64,000 nucleotides of DNA from Candidatus Hadarchaeum sp. (lineage in GTDB: Archaea > Hadarchaeota > Hadarchaeia > Hadarchaeales > Hadarchaeaceae). Location of the stretch: assembly GCF_038871235.1 (NCBI RefSeq), contig NZ_JAVZIN010000001.1:86508-150507 (forward strand), written 5' to 3'. A program made the position numbers and the translations under genes. Under the pieces are notes generated by a model. That model was not told where the DNA came from, made no database searches, and saw only the letters and a list, made by a program, of their open reading frames with translations. Positions 37,112 to 48,110 of the stretch are shown piece by piece. Numbering within the stretch: position 1 is the first letter of the stretch; the number at the start of each line of letters is the position of its first letter.

Positions 37112-37965
37112 GGTCCTCCTCCCTCAAACCGTCGATACAAATCTGCGTAGGCCCGCTTAACCTCATTCCTTCCGAACAAGGCCACCGCCTTGCCAACAAT
37201 GGTTCTGACGGCCTTTAAATCACCCCTAGCCAATAAAGCATTCAAGGAATGAAATGCCTCTATTGCCGATTGTCTCACCAGCTCGGAATATTTATTCTGC
37301 TGTTGAATTTCCAGATACAGTTCCGGCTTGCCCGCCGAGGCCGCTTTCGCCAGCTCAACCAGCGCCGAGAACATCGGCGTCCGCATTCTTCGGGATATCT
37401 TCCCGCCATTGAGCGCCCTTAACGCTTGGACGTAGGAAAGTAGAATGAAATGGGACAGACATTGGACAACTGCCATGGTTCGGTCGTGAAGTTCTGCGTC
37501 CATCTCAATGACCCGTGCGCCATCACTCCTGAGCAGTTCCTTCAGCTTCCGATAACGTTTTCCTGGCCTGACTGGAATTGCCACCACGTCCTTGTTTTTC
37601 AGGCTTGAGGCCCCCGGTCCGAAGAGCGGGTGAATTGAAACCAGCTCAACGTCTTTTTCTATTCTCTCCATCGTCTTTACCACCTCTAGTTTAACCGAGG
37701 CCACATCAGCTATCAGCGCGCCGCTCTTGGCTTCCCCTGCTACCTCCAGCAAAACTTTTGGCGTGGCTGAAATAGGAACTGCAATAAATATTATGTCAGC
37801 CTCAGCCGCGGCATTTCTTGCCAGCGCGGCCTTGACCTTTAACTCCGCGGCCAACTTTCTGGCCTTAAGGCGATTGACATCAGAAACAACAACTTCGCCT
37901 AAGCGTTTGGAGAACTTTGCCAGCCACTTTCCCATTTCACCAGCACCTATAACTGCCGTCTTCAA
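37108..37965 (-). CDS. tyrA: Prephenate/arogenate dehydrogenase
   Basis: IGAGEMG, AVPI, DVASVK, HPLFGP, HDRTMAVVQ.LSH. Confidence 0.92.
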   Translation of the reverse strand: MKTAVIGAGEMGKWLAKFSKRLGEVVVSDVNRLKARKLAAELKVKAALARNAAAEADIIFIAVPISATPKVLLEVAGEAKSGALIADVASVKLEVVKTMERIEKDVELVSIHPLFGPGASSLKNKDVVAIPVRPGKRYRKLKELLRSDGARVIEMDAELHDRTMAVVQCLSHFILLSYVQALRALNGGKISRRMRTPMFSALVELAKAASAGKPELYLEIQQQNKYSELVRQSAIEAFHSLNALLARGDLKAVRTIVGKAVALFGRNEVKRAYADLYRRFEGGGP

Positions 37966-38816
37966 CCAACCACCTTCCCTATTTCACGTCTAACTGCGTC
38001 TTCCATAACTTTGATGGGTGCCCTCTTTCCTGTCCAAATCTCGAAGGCCAGAGCCCCCTGTCTCACCAGCATGCCCAAGCCATCAACTGTCATGGCCCCT
38101 GCTTTCTCCGCCTCCAGCAACAGACGGGTTCGAATGGGCTTGTAAACGATATCATAAACGGTCAGATTCCGGTGCATCATCTCCGCTGTCACCAGCGTCT
38201 CATCTATCCTCGGCCGCATGCCAACCGAAGTGGCATTAATCAGGACCTCCGTGTTCGTGATAAATCTCTTAAGCGTCCTTCGGTCTATGGAGATAGTTGG
38301 CACCTCTTTTCCCAGCTTCTGCTCAATCAATGAAGCCAGTTCCTTCGCCCGCGACACCGTCCGGTTAGCGATGCTAAGCTCCGCCCCGGCCTTGAGCAAC
38401 GAAAAGGCAATGGCCCGCGCGGCACCTCCGGCTCCAAGCAACAGTACCCTCTTGCCTTTCACTTTGCCAACTTTCTCTTCAAGATATCTCAGCGCACCTT
38501 CGCCATCTGTGTTAAAGCCAACCAGCTTGCCGCGGCTGTTTTTTATCGTGTTGACTGCCCCGGCTAAAGCCGCTGATTCATCCAATGCGTCTAAGAACTT
38601 CATCACAGCAATTTTGTGCGGGATGGTGACGTTGAGCCCGGCAATCCCCATTTTCCTAGTTCCGGCAATGGCATCCCCAAGTAAATTTTCTGGAACTCTA
38701 ACGGCCACGTAGATATGGTTGAGCCTCAGTTTCTTGAAGGCCGCGTTCATCATCGCCGGGGAAAGGGAGCCCGCCACAGGGTCTCCGATAAGCATGAAGA
38801 CCTTTAGGGATTTCAA
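37962..38816 (-). CDS. aroE: Shikimate dehydrogenase
   Basis: SLSP, NVTIPHK, GAVNT, NTDG, GAGGAA, INATSVGM, ML..QG. Confidence 0.95.
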   Translation of the reverse strand: MKSLKVFMLIGDPVAGSLSPAMMNAAFKKLRLNHIYVAVRVPENLLGDAIAGTRKMGIAGLNVTIPHKIAVMKFLDALDESAALAGAVNTIKNSRGKLVGFNTDGEGALRYLEEKVGKVKGKRVLLLGAGGAARAIAFSLLKAGAELSIANRTVSRAKELASLIEQKLGKEVPTISIDRRTLKRFITNTEVLINATSVGMRPRIDETLVTAEMMHRNLTVYDIVYKPIRTRLLLEAEKAGAMTVDGLGMLVRQGALAFEIWTGKRAPIKVMEDAVRREIGKVVG

Positions 38817-39568
38817 CCTCCGCCCTCCCTCGGCATTAGTTTTTGCAGCAGGAGTTTGGTCTCAGCGACATCAAACTGCCCAGGTGCGGTTGGTCTGCCG
38901 ACGCTGGCGTAGGTTAAAGGAGAGCCAAGCATCAGGCTGGCGATTCTGGTTATCCTGCCTGCCTCCCCCATGGCAAAGGCCACCACCGGGACTGAAATTT
39001 CATCCTGAACATCAACGAGGAAATCCAGAACTCTTATCGAATCGGTGGGATCATGGGCCATCGTCACCAACTTAATCACATCTCCACCGGCCTTGACCAT
39101 TTTACCCGCCATCCTCTTGAGCGCTTTAATTCCAGGCGTCATTGAAAAATCGTGCCATGACATCAACACCGAAACCCCTTCCTGTCTAGCCGCTGTCACC
39201 ACCTTATCCCTGAGGGATTTAGGTGTGGAGAACTCGAGATCCACGCAGGGCACCTGGTTCTCGATGGCCTCCAGAATTATCTCAACCCGTTCCCCCTCGC
39301 TTCCTGAAAAAGCTCCACCCTCTCTCTTCGGCCGATGGGTAAAGATCAGGGGTAAATCATCCTTCAGAATTTTCTGCCAACCTTCCTTATCCCCAAGGCT
39401 GTCCATCCTCAGCTCAACCAGATCGGCACCCCTCTTCAGCGCTAGAGAAATGGCCCGGCTCATCTCACGCACGTTCCTGCCCTCCACGGCGCCGCAAACT
39501 GCAGGAGTTTTGACAACGAGCCTTCCCAGTTTAAGCTCATTCAAAGAGAACACCGACTTATCTCTCAA
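38813..39568 (-). CDS. aroD: Type I 3-dehydroquinate dehydratase
   Basis: DLVELRMD, R..REGG, SWHDF..TP, FAMG..G..TR, APGQ. Confidence 0.93.
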   Translation of the reverse strand: MRDKSVFSLNELKLGRLVVKTPAVCGAVEGRNVREMSRAISLALKRGADLVELRMDSLGDKEGWQKILKDDLPLIFTHRPKREGGAFSGSEGERVEIILEAIENQVPCVDLEFSTPKSLRDKVVTAARQEGVSVLMSWHDFSMTPGIKALKRMAGKMVKAGGDVIKLVTMAHDPTDSIRVLDFLVDVQDEISVPVVAFAMGEAGRITRIASLMLGSPLTYASVGRPTAPGQFDVAETKLLLQKLMPREGGG

Positions 39569-40679
39569 CTACGGTCTCCTCAACACTGACGCCGAAGTGT
39601 CTCCCCGCCTTCTCCACATGAATGAGAACTTCATCGCCGGGCCTCAGCTTGGCCACGGAAATCGGATTGCCATCCTTGCTGACGAGATTAATCGTCTCCG
39701 CGTTCTGGAGAAGGGTCTTGTAAATCTCGCCCGCGTATTCGACCTCGACCAACAGCAGCGGTCGTCTCTCTATCTTAACCCTGCCTACTGTGGCCACTCT
39801 GGTCTCCCCCCTGAAGTTCACCAAGAGAACCTCGTCACCAGCGCTGAGCTCCGACATGTACTTAGTCTTGCCTCCCGGCAATCTGATATAGGCATGGACG
39901 GCTCCGGCATTAACCCGAAACGGCCGCGGAGCCACAAATTCGCTGGTTAAGGTCTCCGAATGTACTAAAAACATGCCACTGCTTTGACTACCCACCAGCA
40001 TGCCCTCGCCAATGGTCATTAAAGAAGCAGTATCAATACAAGCCCGGTCGCCCATTCCCACTGGCCTGACCAACCTCACCGTGGCGGGGACGAGCTCCAG
40101 CCTCTCCCGCGAAAGTGACTCCAGCATTTCACCGACCTTGTTAATTTCCTCCGGTCCTCGCTCTCTGGCATCCAGAAGAACGCCCGCAGTTCCCACCTCC
40201 AACGTTTCAACGGCGACCCTGGCCTCGGTGGCGTCTTTTACTCCAGCCAGGACCTTCACGTCCGTCCGCTGCAGCTCTGCGATCATGTTTTCTAAGGGGA
40301 TAACCTTCCAGTCGGGTGTGACCGCTATCAGATAATCCACACCTTTTCCAACCTCGACCGCTGCCCTCTCCATTTCCTTGTTTGAAACCTCAACGAGAAC
40401 GGCGACCTTCGCCTGGGCGCGCAGACTTTTTGCATGCCTCAGCACTTCTTCGACCTCACCGCTCTTCGCCAGGTTGAGGACGACAATGCTGATTCCAGGA
40501 GCAAGTTCCCGGGCGGCCATCAGGATGGTGCCCTGCTTGAGGACTTCGGAAGCCTCCTCAGGCTTTATCAACACAGCGTCGGCTCCTGTTTCTATGGCTG
40601 CTTTGACAAACGGCTTCTTTGACTCCCAAGCTTCATCCCAGTCCGCCCTGACCCAGAGTAGCCTACGCAAAAGGCTCAC
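39558..40679 (-). CDS. 3-dehydroquinate synthase II (archaeal AroB')
   Basis: [48 protein letters not shown]. Confidence 0.93.
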   Translation of the reverse strand: MSLLRRLLWVRADWDEAWESKKPFVKAAIETGADAVLIKPEEASEVLKQGTILMAARELAPGISIVVLNLAKSGEVEEVLRHAKSLRAQAKVAVLVEVSNKEMERAAVEVGKGVDYLIAVTPDWKVIPLENMIAELQRTDVKVLAGVKDATEARVAVETLEVGTAGVLLDARERGPEEINKVGEMLESLSRERLELVPATVRLVRPVGMGDRACIDTASLMTIGEGMLVGSQSSGMFLVHSETLTSEFVAPRPFRVNAGAVHAYIRLPGGKTKYMSELSAGDEVLLVNFRGETRVATVGRVKIERRPLLLVEVEYAGEIYKTLLQNAETINLVSKDGNPISVAKLRPGDEVLIHVEKAGRHFGVSVEETVVER

Positions 40680-41476
40680 CGCTTAAGCTCACGCATCGCC
40701 TGCTCGATAGTAGCGCCCTCATGAACTATACGCGCCAGAGCTCTAGTCATCGCGGTCGGGTTCTTGTGCTGGAAAATGTTCCGGCCGATGGAAATCCCGA
40801 TGGCGCCGGCGCTCAGAGCCTCTGATGCTAATTTCAGAACATCCAAATCCGTGTTCATCTTCGGTCCCCCAGCGATCACAATTGGCACTGGACATCCTTT
40901 CACCACCTTACTAAAGGACTTGACATCACCGGTGTAAACGGTCTTCACGATATCAGCGCCAAGCTCAGCGCCTACGCGGGCAGCATGGGCTACCAGTGTC
41001 GGATCATGTTGGTCCTTGACCTTAGGTCCCCGGGGATACATCATCGCAAATAATGGCATGCCCCAAGTGTCGCAGGACTCAGCCACCTCGCCCAAGTGCT
41101 GCAGCTGTTCCTCCTCATTGGGCGCACCGACGTTAATGTGAACCGAAACTCCATCGGCACCCAGAGCGATCGCCTCCTCCACACTAGCAACCGGCACCTT
41201 GCAGTTAGGGTCGGGCCCAATCGAGGTGCTACCGGAGAGATGGATAATCAGCCCCAGATCTCTTCCGTAACCTCGATGACCAGCACGAACGATTCCCTTG
41301 TGTAGCACCACGGCATTAGCGCCGCCATCGGCCACCTTGTTCACGATGGCTGCCATGTTTTCCAAGCCTGAGATGGGACCCATTGACAGCCCGTGGTCCA
41401 TCGGGACGATTACCGTCCGTTTGGTCTTGCGGTCAATTATCCGCTCTAGCCTAATGCGCTTACCGGCTTCGGACAA
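40676..41476 (-). CDS. 2-amino-3,7-dideoxy-D-threo-hept-6-ulosonate synthase (archaeal AroA')
   Basis: [43 protein letters not shown]; first gene of the aro operon. Confidence 0.9.
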   Translation of the reverse strand: MSEAGKRIRLERIIDRKTKRTVIVPMDHGLSMGPISGLENMAAIVNKVADGGANAVVLHKGIVRAGHRGYGRDLGLIIHLSGSTSIGPDPNCKVPVASVEEAIALGADGVSVHINVGAPNEEEQLQHLGEVAESCDTWGMPLFAMMYPRGPKVKDQHDPTLVAHAARVGAELGADIVKTVYTGDVKSFSKVVKGCPVPIVIAGGPKMNTDLDVLKLASEALSAGAIGISIGRNIFQHKNPTAMTRALARIVHEGATIEQAMRELKR

Positions 41477-41613
41477 CCTTTACACCTCCTTTTGAGATAT
41501 GCCGCGCATGGATTAAAAACGTGTAGGGGAGCTTTTCTGGACATTTAGACCACGGCTAGCTGAATAAGCGTCGGGCTGCCCCACCTCTTACTCATTGTTA
41601 CCTATCCTTATCA

Positions 41614-42474
41614 TCATATTGAAAGAAGAAATAAGCCCACCAAGAACGATGCGATGCCAATCGTTTGGTTAATGTCAACGGTTTCATGGTAAAATATCTT
41701 GGCCAAGATAATGGTGACTATCGGTGAGGATGCTGTTATTGGCGCCACGATGGCGGTATATTCTGAGTTCACGCCCAAGCCATAACCCAAGAAAGCAAGA
41801 AACTCCAACAGCCCTATTAAAATTATGAATGTTGCGGCGACTTTTGGAAAAGACACGTTTCTCCCTGAGGTGCTTGAATAAATGATCAGCAGGGGGAGTG
41901 AAAAAAATTTGATGAAGAAAATCGGCAAGAACCAGCCAAGTTCAGAGACCAGGTAATCGACAATGGCATACTGAACGCCAAAGGCAAACAATGCCAAGAG
42001 CGCATAACTGACCCCAGCAGCCAAGTTCATCTGCCTTAGCCCCAGCATGTCTTGCCATTTGAAGGAAACCAACACAACGGCACAGATCACCAGAGCCACG
42101 CCAGCCAATCTAGCACCAGTCAATGTTTCATCTAAAAAGATCAGACAAAGGATCACCGTGAGAACGACCCATGAAGCGGAAATGGGCGTAACCACAGACA
42201 CCTGCCCCACCTGTAAACTCTTATAGAGGGCCAAGTAAGCCGTGATGTGAAGAAAGCTGCAGCCGAAAATAGTTCCCAGCAAAAATCCAGAGATTGGGGG
42301 CAACTCAAAGAAAAACAGAAGGGTCAAAAAATAAAAAAATAAGCTGACCACTTCCCCCCACAAAAATGCCCTGAAGACGCTTACGCTTTTGACAACTTTC
42401 ACCACCAAAAAATCGGCGAGGCCCCAGCAAAACATGGCGACGAGTCCAAAAATGATGCCGACAGGTAAACTCAT
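41614..42474 (-). CDS. EamA/DMT family transporter
   Basis: About 10 TMs in two repeats; VSVVTPI and AIVAPI motifs. Confidence 0.88.
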   Translation of the reverse strand: MSLPVGIIFGLVAMFCWGLADFLVVKVVKSVSVFRAFLWGEVVSLFFYFLTLLFFFELPPISGFLLGTIFGCSFLHITAYLALYKSLQVGQVSVVTPISASWVVLTVILCLIFLDETLTGARLAGVALVICAVVLVSFKWQDMLGLRQMNLAAGVSYALLALFAFGVQYAIVDYLVSELGWFLPIFFIKFFSLPLLIIYSSTSGRNVSFPKVAATFIILIGLLEFLAFLGYGLGVNSEYTAIVAPITASSPIVTIILAKIFYHETVDINQTIGIASFLVGLFLLSI

Positions 42475-42587
42475 AAAAACAATTTTATAAACGGAGTACT
42501 TAAGCTAATCTGAAAAACAACATTTTTCATCGATTAAAATTAAGATTCAGGCCAAAATATTTAACTAATAAAGTACATGTAAAATCG

Positions 42588-43229
42588 ATGTGTGAAGAGT
42601 TGATTAAGAAGCTATACAATTCTGTTTTGGAGGGGGATGAAGAAAAAAGCCGGAAAGCCGCAGAGGAAGCCGTTGAAAAGGGGATCGATCCTGTTTTCGC
42701 CATCGAGCATGGTCTGGCAGCAGGTTTGAATGAGATGGGCTCGAAATTTGAACGTGGTGAGGTGTTTCTGCCGGATCTCCTTCTCTCTGCTGACGCGATG
42801 AAAGCCGGCATGGACATCCTCCTAGCAAAAGTGCCCAAAGAAATGTCCCAAAAGGCAGGTGTCATAGTAATCGGCACTGTCGAAGGGGACATTCATGACA
42901 TGGGAAAGAGCTTGGTTGCGGCGCTGTTATCGGCTGCGGGCTTTCAGGTCCATGATCTGGGAAGGGACGTCAAAGCGATGAACTTTGTAAAAAAGGCCGA
43001 AGAAGTTAACGCAAACATCATCGCTGCATCAGCCCTTATGTCAACCACCGCCCCTTTTATCAGAGACATTATCTCACTCCTGAAGGATAAGCAGGTTCGA
43101 GATAAATTTAAGGTGATCATTGGCGGTGGGGCGGTAACTAAGGAATTCGCAGAATTGGTCGGGGCTGATGGCTATGGCCAAAACGCCACCGAGGCCGTTC
43201 GACTGGCCAAGGAGGCGATGGGAACTTGA
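42588..43229 (+). CDS. Methyltransferase cognate corrinoid protein (MtmC-like)
   Basis: GTVEGDIHDMGK, DLGRDV, SALMSTT, IGGG. Confidence 0.92.
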   Translation: MCEELIKKLYNSVLEGDEEKSRKAAEEAVEKGIDPVFAIEHGLAAGLNEMGSKFERGEVFLPDLLLSADAMKAGMDILLAKVPKEMSQKAGVIVIGTVEGDIHDMGKSLVAALLSAAGFQVHDLGRDVKAMNFVKKAEEVNANIIAASALMSTTAPFIRDIISLLKDKQVRDKFKVIIGGGAVTKEFAELVGADGYGQNATEAVRLAKEAMGT

Positions 43230-44596
43230 AGCTCACGCCGGCTGAGATCTATAACCGGGCTGAAACCGGCCCGATTATGGACGAAGGACAATTTGATAAA
43301 AAAATCCTGCCGAGGAAGCTCAGAGAGCTAGCAAGGGATTATGATATCAAGTATAATCCCGCTGAACCCGTACCTACCGACGATAGTCTAGCCGATGCCG
43401 TCTTCGAGGCAGGAAAAAGGTTGCTTCTCGATCTAGGCATCCTCTGCACTGACACGGGGAGGTTAATAAAATTCTCTGATGAGGAAATTAAAGAAGGGTT
43501 AAAGTCAGCACCGAACAAAATTGAGGTGGGGCAAGGAGAAAGAACAAGAATATTAACACCCAGAAAGGCCGGAGACAAAAGCGTGCCTTGGCTGGTTCCT
43601 GGACCTAGCGGGATGCCAATATCCGAGGAACTAGCTCCAATCGTGGCCACATCCATTGCTAAGGAACCGCTCGCTGAGGGTTATTGGGGACCGACGATAC
43701 CAAGATTTCAAGGTATCCAAGTAAAACTGCACTCACCGCTCGAGATCTTTGCCTCAAAGTATGAAATCACGTCTTCTAAGGAAGGTGTGAGGAGAGCTGG
43801 TAAGGAAGGCCTAGCTGTGGTCGGTGGGATGACGGGACTTGGCCTCCCTGCCTTCATGGCCGCTATGTCCGCCGGAGGGCTCACCAAGGGTGACTGCATT
43901 CTGACCAGCTGCGTCAACGAGCTGAAGATCAATTACGACATTTTGTCCAAGGTGCTGTACACTTCGAGGTGCACCGATGTGAACCTGATGTACGACCCAA
44001 CACCTGTCCTCGGCGGTATTGCCGGCGGGCCTGAGACAACCGCAATCGTCTCGGCCGCGCAGGAAATAGAGTGTCTGTTACTGGGCGCAACTCTGAGCGG
44101 CGGAAACGCGATCGACATCTGGTCTGGAACGAGTTCCAATCGTGAAGCCATCTGGGCCTCGGATCTGTTTCTAATCGGAATGAACAGAAACGTTGAGGCG
44201 CTGGAATATTGTTACCATTTCGCAGCCGCAGGGCCGTGCACCGAGATGCTTCTCTACGAGGGGGCGGCGAAGACAATAGCCGCCGTCGCCTCTGGCTACG
44301 ACTTCCACTGCGGCCCGCTAGCATTGAAAGCCGGAAAAGAAAACTACATCTCCCCGCTTGAATTCAGGCTGTGTATGGAAGTGGCCCATGCTGTCACCGG
44401 GATCAAACGAGGGGACGCCAACGATTTAATTAAACTGTTATTCGTCAAGTTCGAGGATAAGATTAAGAATCCGCCGCAGGGAAAAAGCTTCACCGAGTGC
44501 ATGGATCTGAAATCGCTGGAACCATCCAAAGAATGGCAAGTAATTTATGAAAAAGTGAAAAAAGAGCTGGAAGATATCGGAATTCAATTTAGATAA
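43226..44596 (+). CDS. Monomethylamine:corrinoid methyltransferase (MtmB) family, no pyrrolysine
   Basis: RAETGP, VPTDDSLADAVFEAG, CTDT.R.IKF, NELKI, GGPE, AGPCTEM, PP.GKSF.EC; no in-frame TAG. Confidence 0.88.
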   Translation: MKLTPAEIYNRAETGPIMDEGQFDKKILPRKLRELARDYDIKYNPAEPVPTDDSLADAVFEAGKRLLLDLGILCTDTGRLIKFSDEEIKEGLKSAPNKIEVGQGERTRILTPRKAGDKSVPWLVPGPSGMPISEELAPIVATSIAKEPLAEGYWGPTIPRFQGIQVKLHSPLEIFASKYEITSSKEGVRRAGKEGLAVVGGMTGLGLPAFMAAMSAGGLTKGDCILTSCVNELKINYDILSKVLYTSRCTDVNLMYDPTPVLGGIAGGPETTAIVSAAQEIECLLLGATLSGGNAIDIWSGTSSNREAIWASDLFLIGMNRNVEALEYCYHFAAAGPCTEMLLYEGAAKTIAAVASGYDFHCGPLALKAGKENYISPLEFRLCMEVAHAVTGIKRGDANDLIKLLFVKFEDKIKNPPQGKSFTECMDLKSLEPSKEWQVIYEKVKKELEDIGIQFR

Positions 44597-44653
44597 ACTT
44601 CTCTCGGCTGTCAGCTACGCTCAAGGCTGGACCAGTGTCTTCAATAACGGTGA

Positions 44654-45997
44654 TTAATCCTTGATCTCTCTAAAGGTCTCGTAAGTCGCTTGGATGGTTT
44701 TCTCAATATCCTCGGGCTCGTGCATTGCTGAAACCATCCACTCCTCAAACCACGCTGAACCCGCCGGTATTACCCCGCGGTTCAACATGTGGAGCCAGTA
44801 TCTACCCCACTTAGCAGCGTCACAGCGGGAGGCCTCACGGTAGTTCTTTGGCGGCTCATCCAGACCGAAGAAGATGCTACCCATCATGGTGCATCGACCC
44901 ACAACAGCCTTTATGCCGGTGTCGGCTATGGCGTCAACCACTCCTTTGTAAAGCTCGTCACCCAGCTTGTTTATCTTCGCATAAGTGGTGTCGGTCATCA
45001 CCTTTTTCAGCGAGGCCAAACCTGCGGCAATGGAAAGTGGGTTGGCGTTGTAGGTTCCATAGTGGACGACCCCGCCCAAAGGCGTTATCATCTCCATATA
45101 TTCCCTCTTACCACCAAATGCCGCCAGCGGAGCACCGCCTCCAATGGCCTTGGCGAAGGTAACTAGATCAGGCTCGATTCCGTAAAGCTGACTGCCACCA
45201 CCTGCGGAGAGGTTGCAGCCCGTCTTAACTTCGTCCAGAATCAACAGGACTCCGTACTCATCGCAGAGTCTCCTGACCTCCCTGAAGTAATCCTTTTCGG
45301 GCGTTATGATACCACTATTGGTCAGCACCGGCTCGGTGATTATTGCCGCGACTTCATTCTCGTGCTTTTGGAGAACCCTCTCCAAGCTACCGACATCGTT
45401 GAAGTGCGCCACCAAGGTCTGCTTAACGACCTCCTCCGGTGTGCCCAATGAATCTGGCGTTGAAGCTGGATTGTGTACCGAACCCAATATCACGCGCCTT
45501 CTGGGCTTATCGCTTATCATCAGGACATCGCTGGCACCGTGGTAGCATCCTTCCATCTTCACGATCAGTTTTCTTCCGGTCGCTGCCCTCGCTAACCTAA
45601 CGGCGTAGAAAGTCGCCTCTAGCCCGGTGTTAGAAAAGCGCAGCATTTCCACATAGGGATATCGTCTCATCAGCTCCTGGGCCAATTCATACGCGCCCTC
45701 GGCTTGGAATCCCAACAGCGTTCCTTTCTTTACCTGCTCATTTATGGCCTCGATTATAACGGGATTGGCGTGCCCCGCCGTCATAGCACCGTAGCCAAGG
45801 CAGTGGTCCACGTATTCCCTGCCATCCAAATCCCAAAGCTTACCACCAAGTCCCCTAGCCATATACAGCGGGTAAGGTCGGAAGAACTGAATAGCGGTGT
45901 TCACTCCTCCCGGAATTATTTTAGATATTTTCTCAAAATATTCTCTAGACTTGGGCGTGTTTTTTATATAAATTTCCTCCTCGGGTAAAGAAGGCAT
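44654..45997 (-). CDS. Class III PLP aminotransferase (glutamate-1-semialdehyde aminomutase-like)
   Basis: IPGGVN, DLDG.EYVD, EGCYHG, LILDEVKTG, TFAKAIGGG, GTYNANP. Confidence 0.88.
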   Translation of the reverse strand: MPSLPEEEIYIKNTPKSREYFEKISKIIPGGVNTAIQFFRPYPLYMARGLGGKLWDLDGREYVDHCLGYGAMTAGHANPVIIEAINEQVKKGTLLGFQAEGAYELAQELMRRYPYVEMLRFSNTGLEATFYAVRLARAATGRKLIVKMEGCYHGASDVLMISDKPRRRVILGSVHNPASTPDSLGTPEEVVKQTLVAHFNDVGSLERVLQKHENEVAAIITEPVLTNSGIITPEKDYFREVRRLCDEYGVLLILDEVKTGCNLSAGGGSQLYGIEPDLVTFAKAIGGGAPLAAFGGKREYMEMITPLGGVVHYGTYNANPLSIAAGLASLKKVMTDTTYAKINKLGDELYKGVVDAIADTGIKAVVGRCTMMGSIFFGLDEPPKNYREASRCDAAKWGRYWLHMLNRGVIPAGSAWFEEWMVSAMHEPEDIEKTIQATYETFREIKD

Positions 45998-46117
45998 TCC
46001 ACCCCCGCTAACTACTCCTTTCTTTCGCTATTTAAACCTGAGTTCAGGGACTGACCCTATAATATCGAAAAACGCGGAAAAAGAAGTTAAATTTTTTAAC
46101 TGATATGAAAATGTTTA

Positions 46118-47182
46118 ATGGGACATATGAAAATTGATGTGGAAGTTAAAAACGTGACCAAGAAATTCGGAGAAGTTATTGCGGTGGATAATATTTCATT
46201 TACCGTTGAAAAGGGCCAATTTTTCTCCCTCTTGGGACCATCAGGTTGTGGAAAAACCACCACGCTCAGAATGATCTGTGGCTTTGAAACCCCAACCGAA
46301 GGTGAAATATTCATCGATGGAAAGCCAATGACAAACGTTCCTCCCTACAAGAGGCCCACCAATCTTGTCTTCCAAAATCTGGCCCTGTTCCCACATATGA
46401 ACGTGTATGACAACATCGCCTTCGGTTTAAGAATAAAGAAAGTTCCAGAGCCTGAAATCCAGAAGAGGGTCAAAGAAATGCTCGAGCTCGTGCGGCTGCC
46501 CGGATATGAAAAAAGAAAGATAAGCCAGCTCAGCGGGGGTGAAAAGCAGCGGATAGCGATAGTGAGGGCGTTAGTGAACCGGCCTGCGGTGCTGCTGCTT
46601 GATGAGCCGCTGGGCCCTCTTGACCTGAAGCTCAGGGAGGAAATGGTCGTGGAATTAAAGCGAATCAAGCGTGAGGTAGGAACTACCTTTATCTATGTCA
46701 CGCACGACCAGGGCGAGGCACTAACCATGTCAGACAAAATAGCCGTTATGAATAAAGGCAAAATTGTGCAGATGGGAACTCCACTAGAAATCTATGAAAG
46801 ACCAAACTCCAAATTCGTGGCTGACTTCATCGGGGGGACCAATTTCTTTGAAGGAAGATACCGCGATGGTGTGGTGGAAGTTGACAAGCTGGGAAAAATC
46901 ATCGTTGCGCCCGGACAGAGGATTTCCAAGAAAACCGTCCTGATCTCCGTGAAGCCCGAAAAAATATCCATAGGTAAAAAGTTGAGGAAGCTAGACAACG
47001 TCTTCGATGGGAAAATCACCGAATCATTCTACCAAGGAAAGTCTGTCACCTATAAGGTTCTGTTGGAAAATGACTCTTTACTCACGGTAGTGGCACCGAC
47101 CACCGGCGTGGAGTTCATTTTCAAAATAGGAGAGAGAGTGAAGATCGGCTGGAACAAAAGAGATGCCCGAGTGATTGAATAA
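46118..47182 (+). CDS. Polyamine ABC transporter ATPase (PotA-like)
   Basis: GPSGCGKTT, FQN.ALFPH, LSGGE, LLDEP, VTHDQ.EA, TOBE domain. Confidence 0.92.
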   Translation: MGHMKIDVEVKNVTKKFGEVIAVDNISFTVEKGQFFSLLGPSGCGKTTTLRMICGFETPTEGEIFIDGKPMTNVPPYKRPTNLVFQNLALFPHMNVYDNIAFGLRIKKVPEPEIQKRVKEMLELVRLPGYEKRKISQLSGGEKQRIAIVRALVNRPAVLLLDEPLGPLDLKLREEMVVELKRIKREVGTTFIYVTHDQGEALTMSDKIAVMNKGKIVQMGTPLEIYERPNSKFVADFIGGTNFFEGRYRDGVVEVDKLGKIIVAPGQRISKKTVLISVKPEKISIGKKLRKLDNVFDGKITESFYQGKSVTYKVLLENDSLLTVVAPTTGVEFIFKIGERVKIGWNKRDARVIE

Positions 47183-48110
47183 GCAGGAAAAACATGAGTT
47201 AGGGGGCCTGATGAAATCGGGTGAAGCCCAAAAGAACTCCCGGGGACCAAAAGCGGCACGATTAAAGGGATTGCTGTTGGTTGTCCCCACCTACCTCTGG
47301 CTCATTGTTACCTTTTTAATCCCTGTCCTTTCGGTGTTAATGCTTAGTTTTGCTGAACTTCATCCGGCAACAAAGGATATTTTGAGATTCCCCATATTGG
47401 ACAACTACGCCACCTTGGTAATAAACTTGGACTACATCTTCGTGCTGCTGAGAACTCTGCTCTTGACCGTGGCGGTAACCGTCTCTTCAGTTGGGCTGGC
47501 CTATGTCTTGGCCTATTTCATAACTTTCAAAATCCTAAAAAACAGATACACTATCCTCATAGCATTTCAAGCACCTTACATCGCCTCCTACATGATGGTG
47601 CTGCTGGCTTGGCGCCTGCTTTTGGGAAGGACGGGAGTAATCAACTCGTTGTTGATGTCGATCGGTTTGACCAACGCCCCAGTTGAGCTCCTAGGATACA
47701 ATGCCTTTTCAGTCTGGTTGGTATTGACAGCCACTTGGTTCCCTTGGCTGATCCTACCGATTTTCGTTTCTCTGGAGAAAATAGACAGGTCCCTTCTTGA
47801 GGCTTCACAGGATCTGGGCGCCTCACCGACGAAAACATTTCTCAAAATCACCTTCCCCCTGAGCTTGCCCGGGGTTTTCGTGGCCATTTTATTCGTGTTC
47901 ATCCCGACCATCGGAGAATTCGTGGCCCCCAGCGTCGTGGGTGGTACCACTGGACTTATGTTCGGGAACCTGATCTATGATTTCTTCCTCAAGGGCTACA
48001 GATGGGAAATAGGCTCCGCCTTTGCCGTTTGCCTGCTCGGCATAGTTATCGTGGCCGTCGTTGCCCTTTTCCGGAAAATAGGCTTTGAGAAATTGATGGA
48101 GAGTCTCTAG
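47175..48110 (+). CDS. Polyamine ABC permease (PotB-like)
   Basis: G.IN..L, LLEASQDLGA (EAA loop), PLSLPG. Confidence 0.9.
   Translation: MNKQEKHELGGLMKSGEAQKNSRGPKAARLKGLLLVVPTYLWLIVTFLIPVLSVLMLSFAELHPATKDILRFPILDNYATLVINLDYIFVLLRTLLLTVAVTVSSVGLAYVLAYFITFKILKNRYTILIAFQAPYIASYMMVLLAWRLLLGRTGVINSLLMSIGLTNAPVELLGYNAFSVWLVLTATWFPWLILPIFVSLEKIDRSLLEASQDLGASPTKTFLKITFPLSLPGVFVAILFVFIPTIGEFVAPSVVGGTTGLMFGNLIYDFFLKGYRWEIGSAFAVCLLGIVIVAVVALFRKIGFEKLMESL

Noticed and set aside
39045-39950. Long antisense ORFs (this 301-aa frame, also 5114-5806, 12683-13345, 34780-35385, 50913-51563, 52834-53526)
   Set aside because: They lie opposite well-conserved genes, carry no motifs, and are expected from codon bias.
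44654-45997. Calling this gene hemL
   Set aside because: The fold matches, but there are no tetrapyrrole genes nearby and the context is amine transport and demethylation; left as class III aminotransferase.
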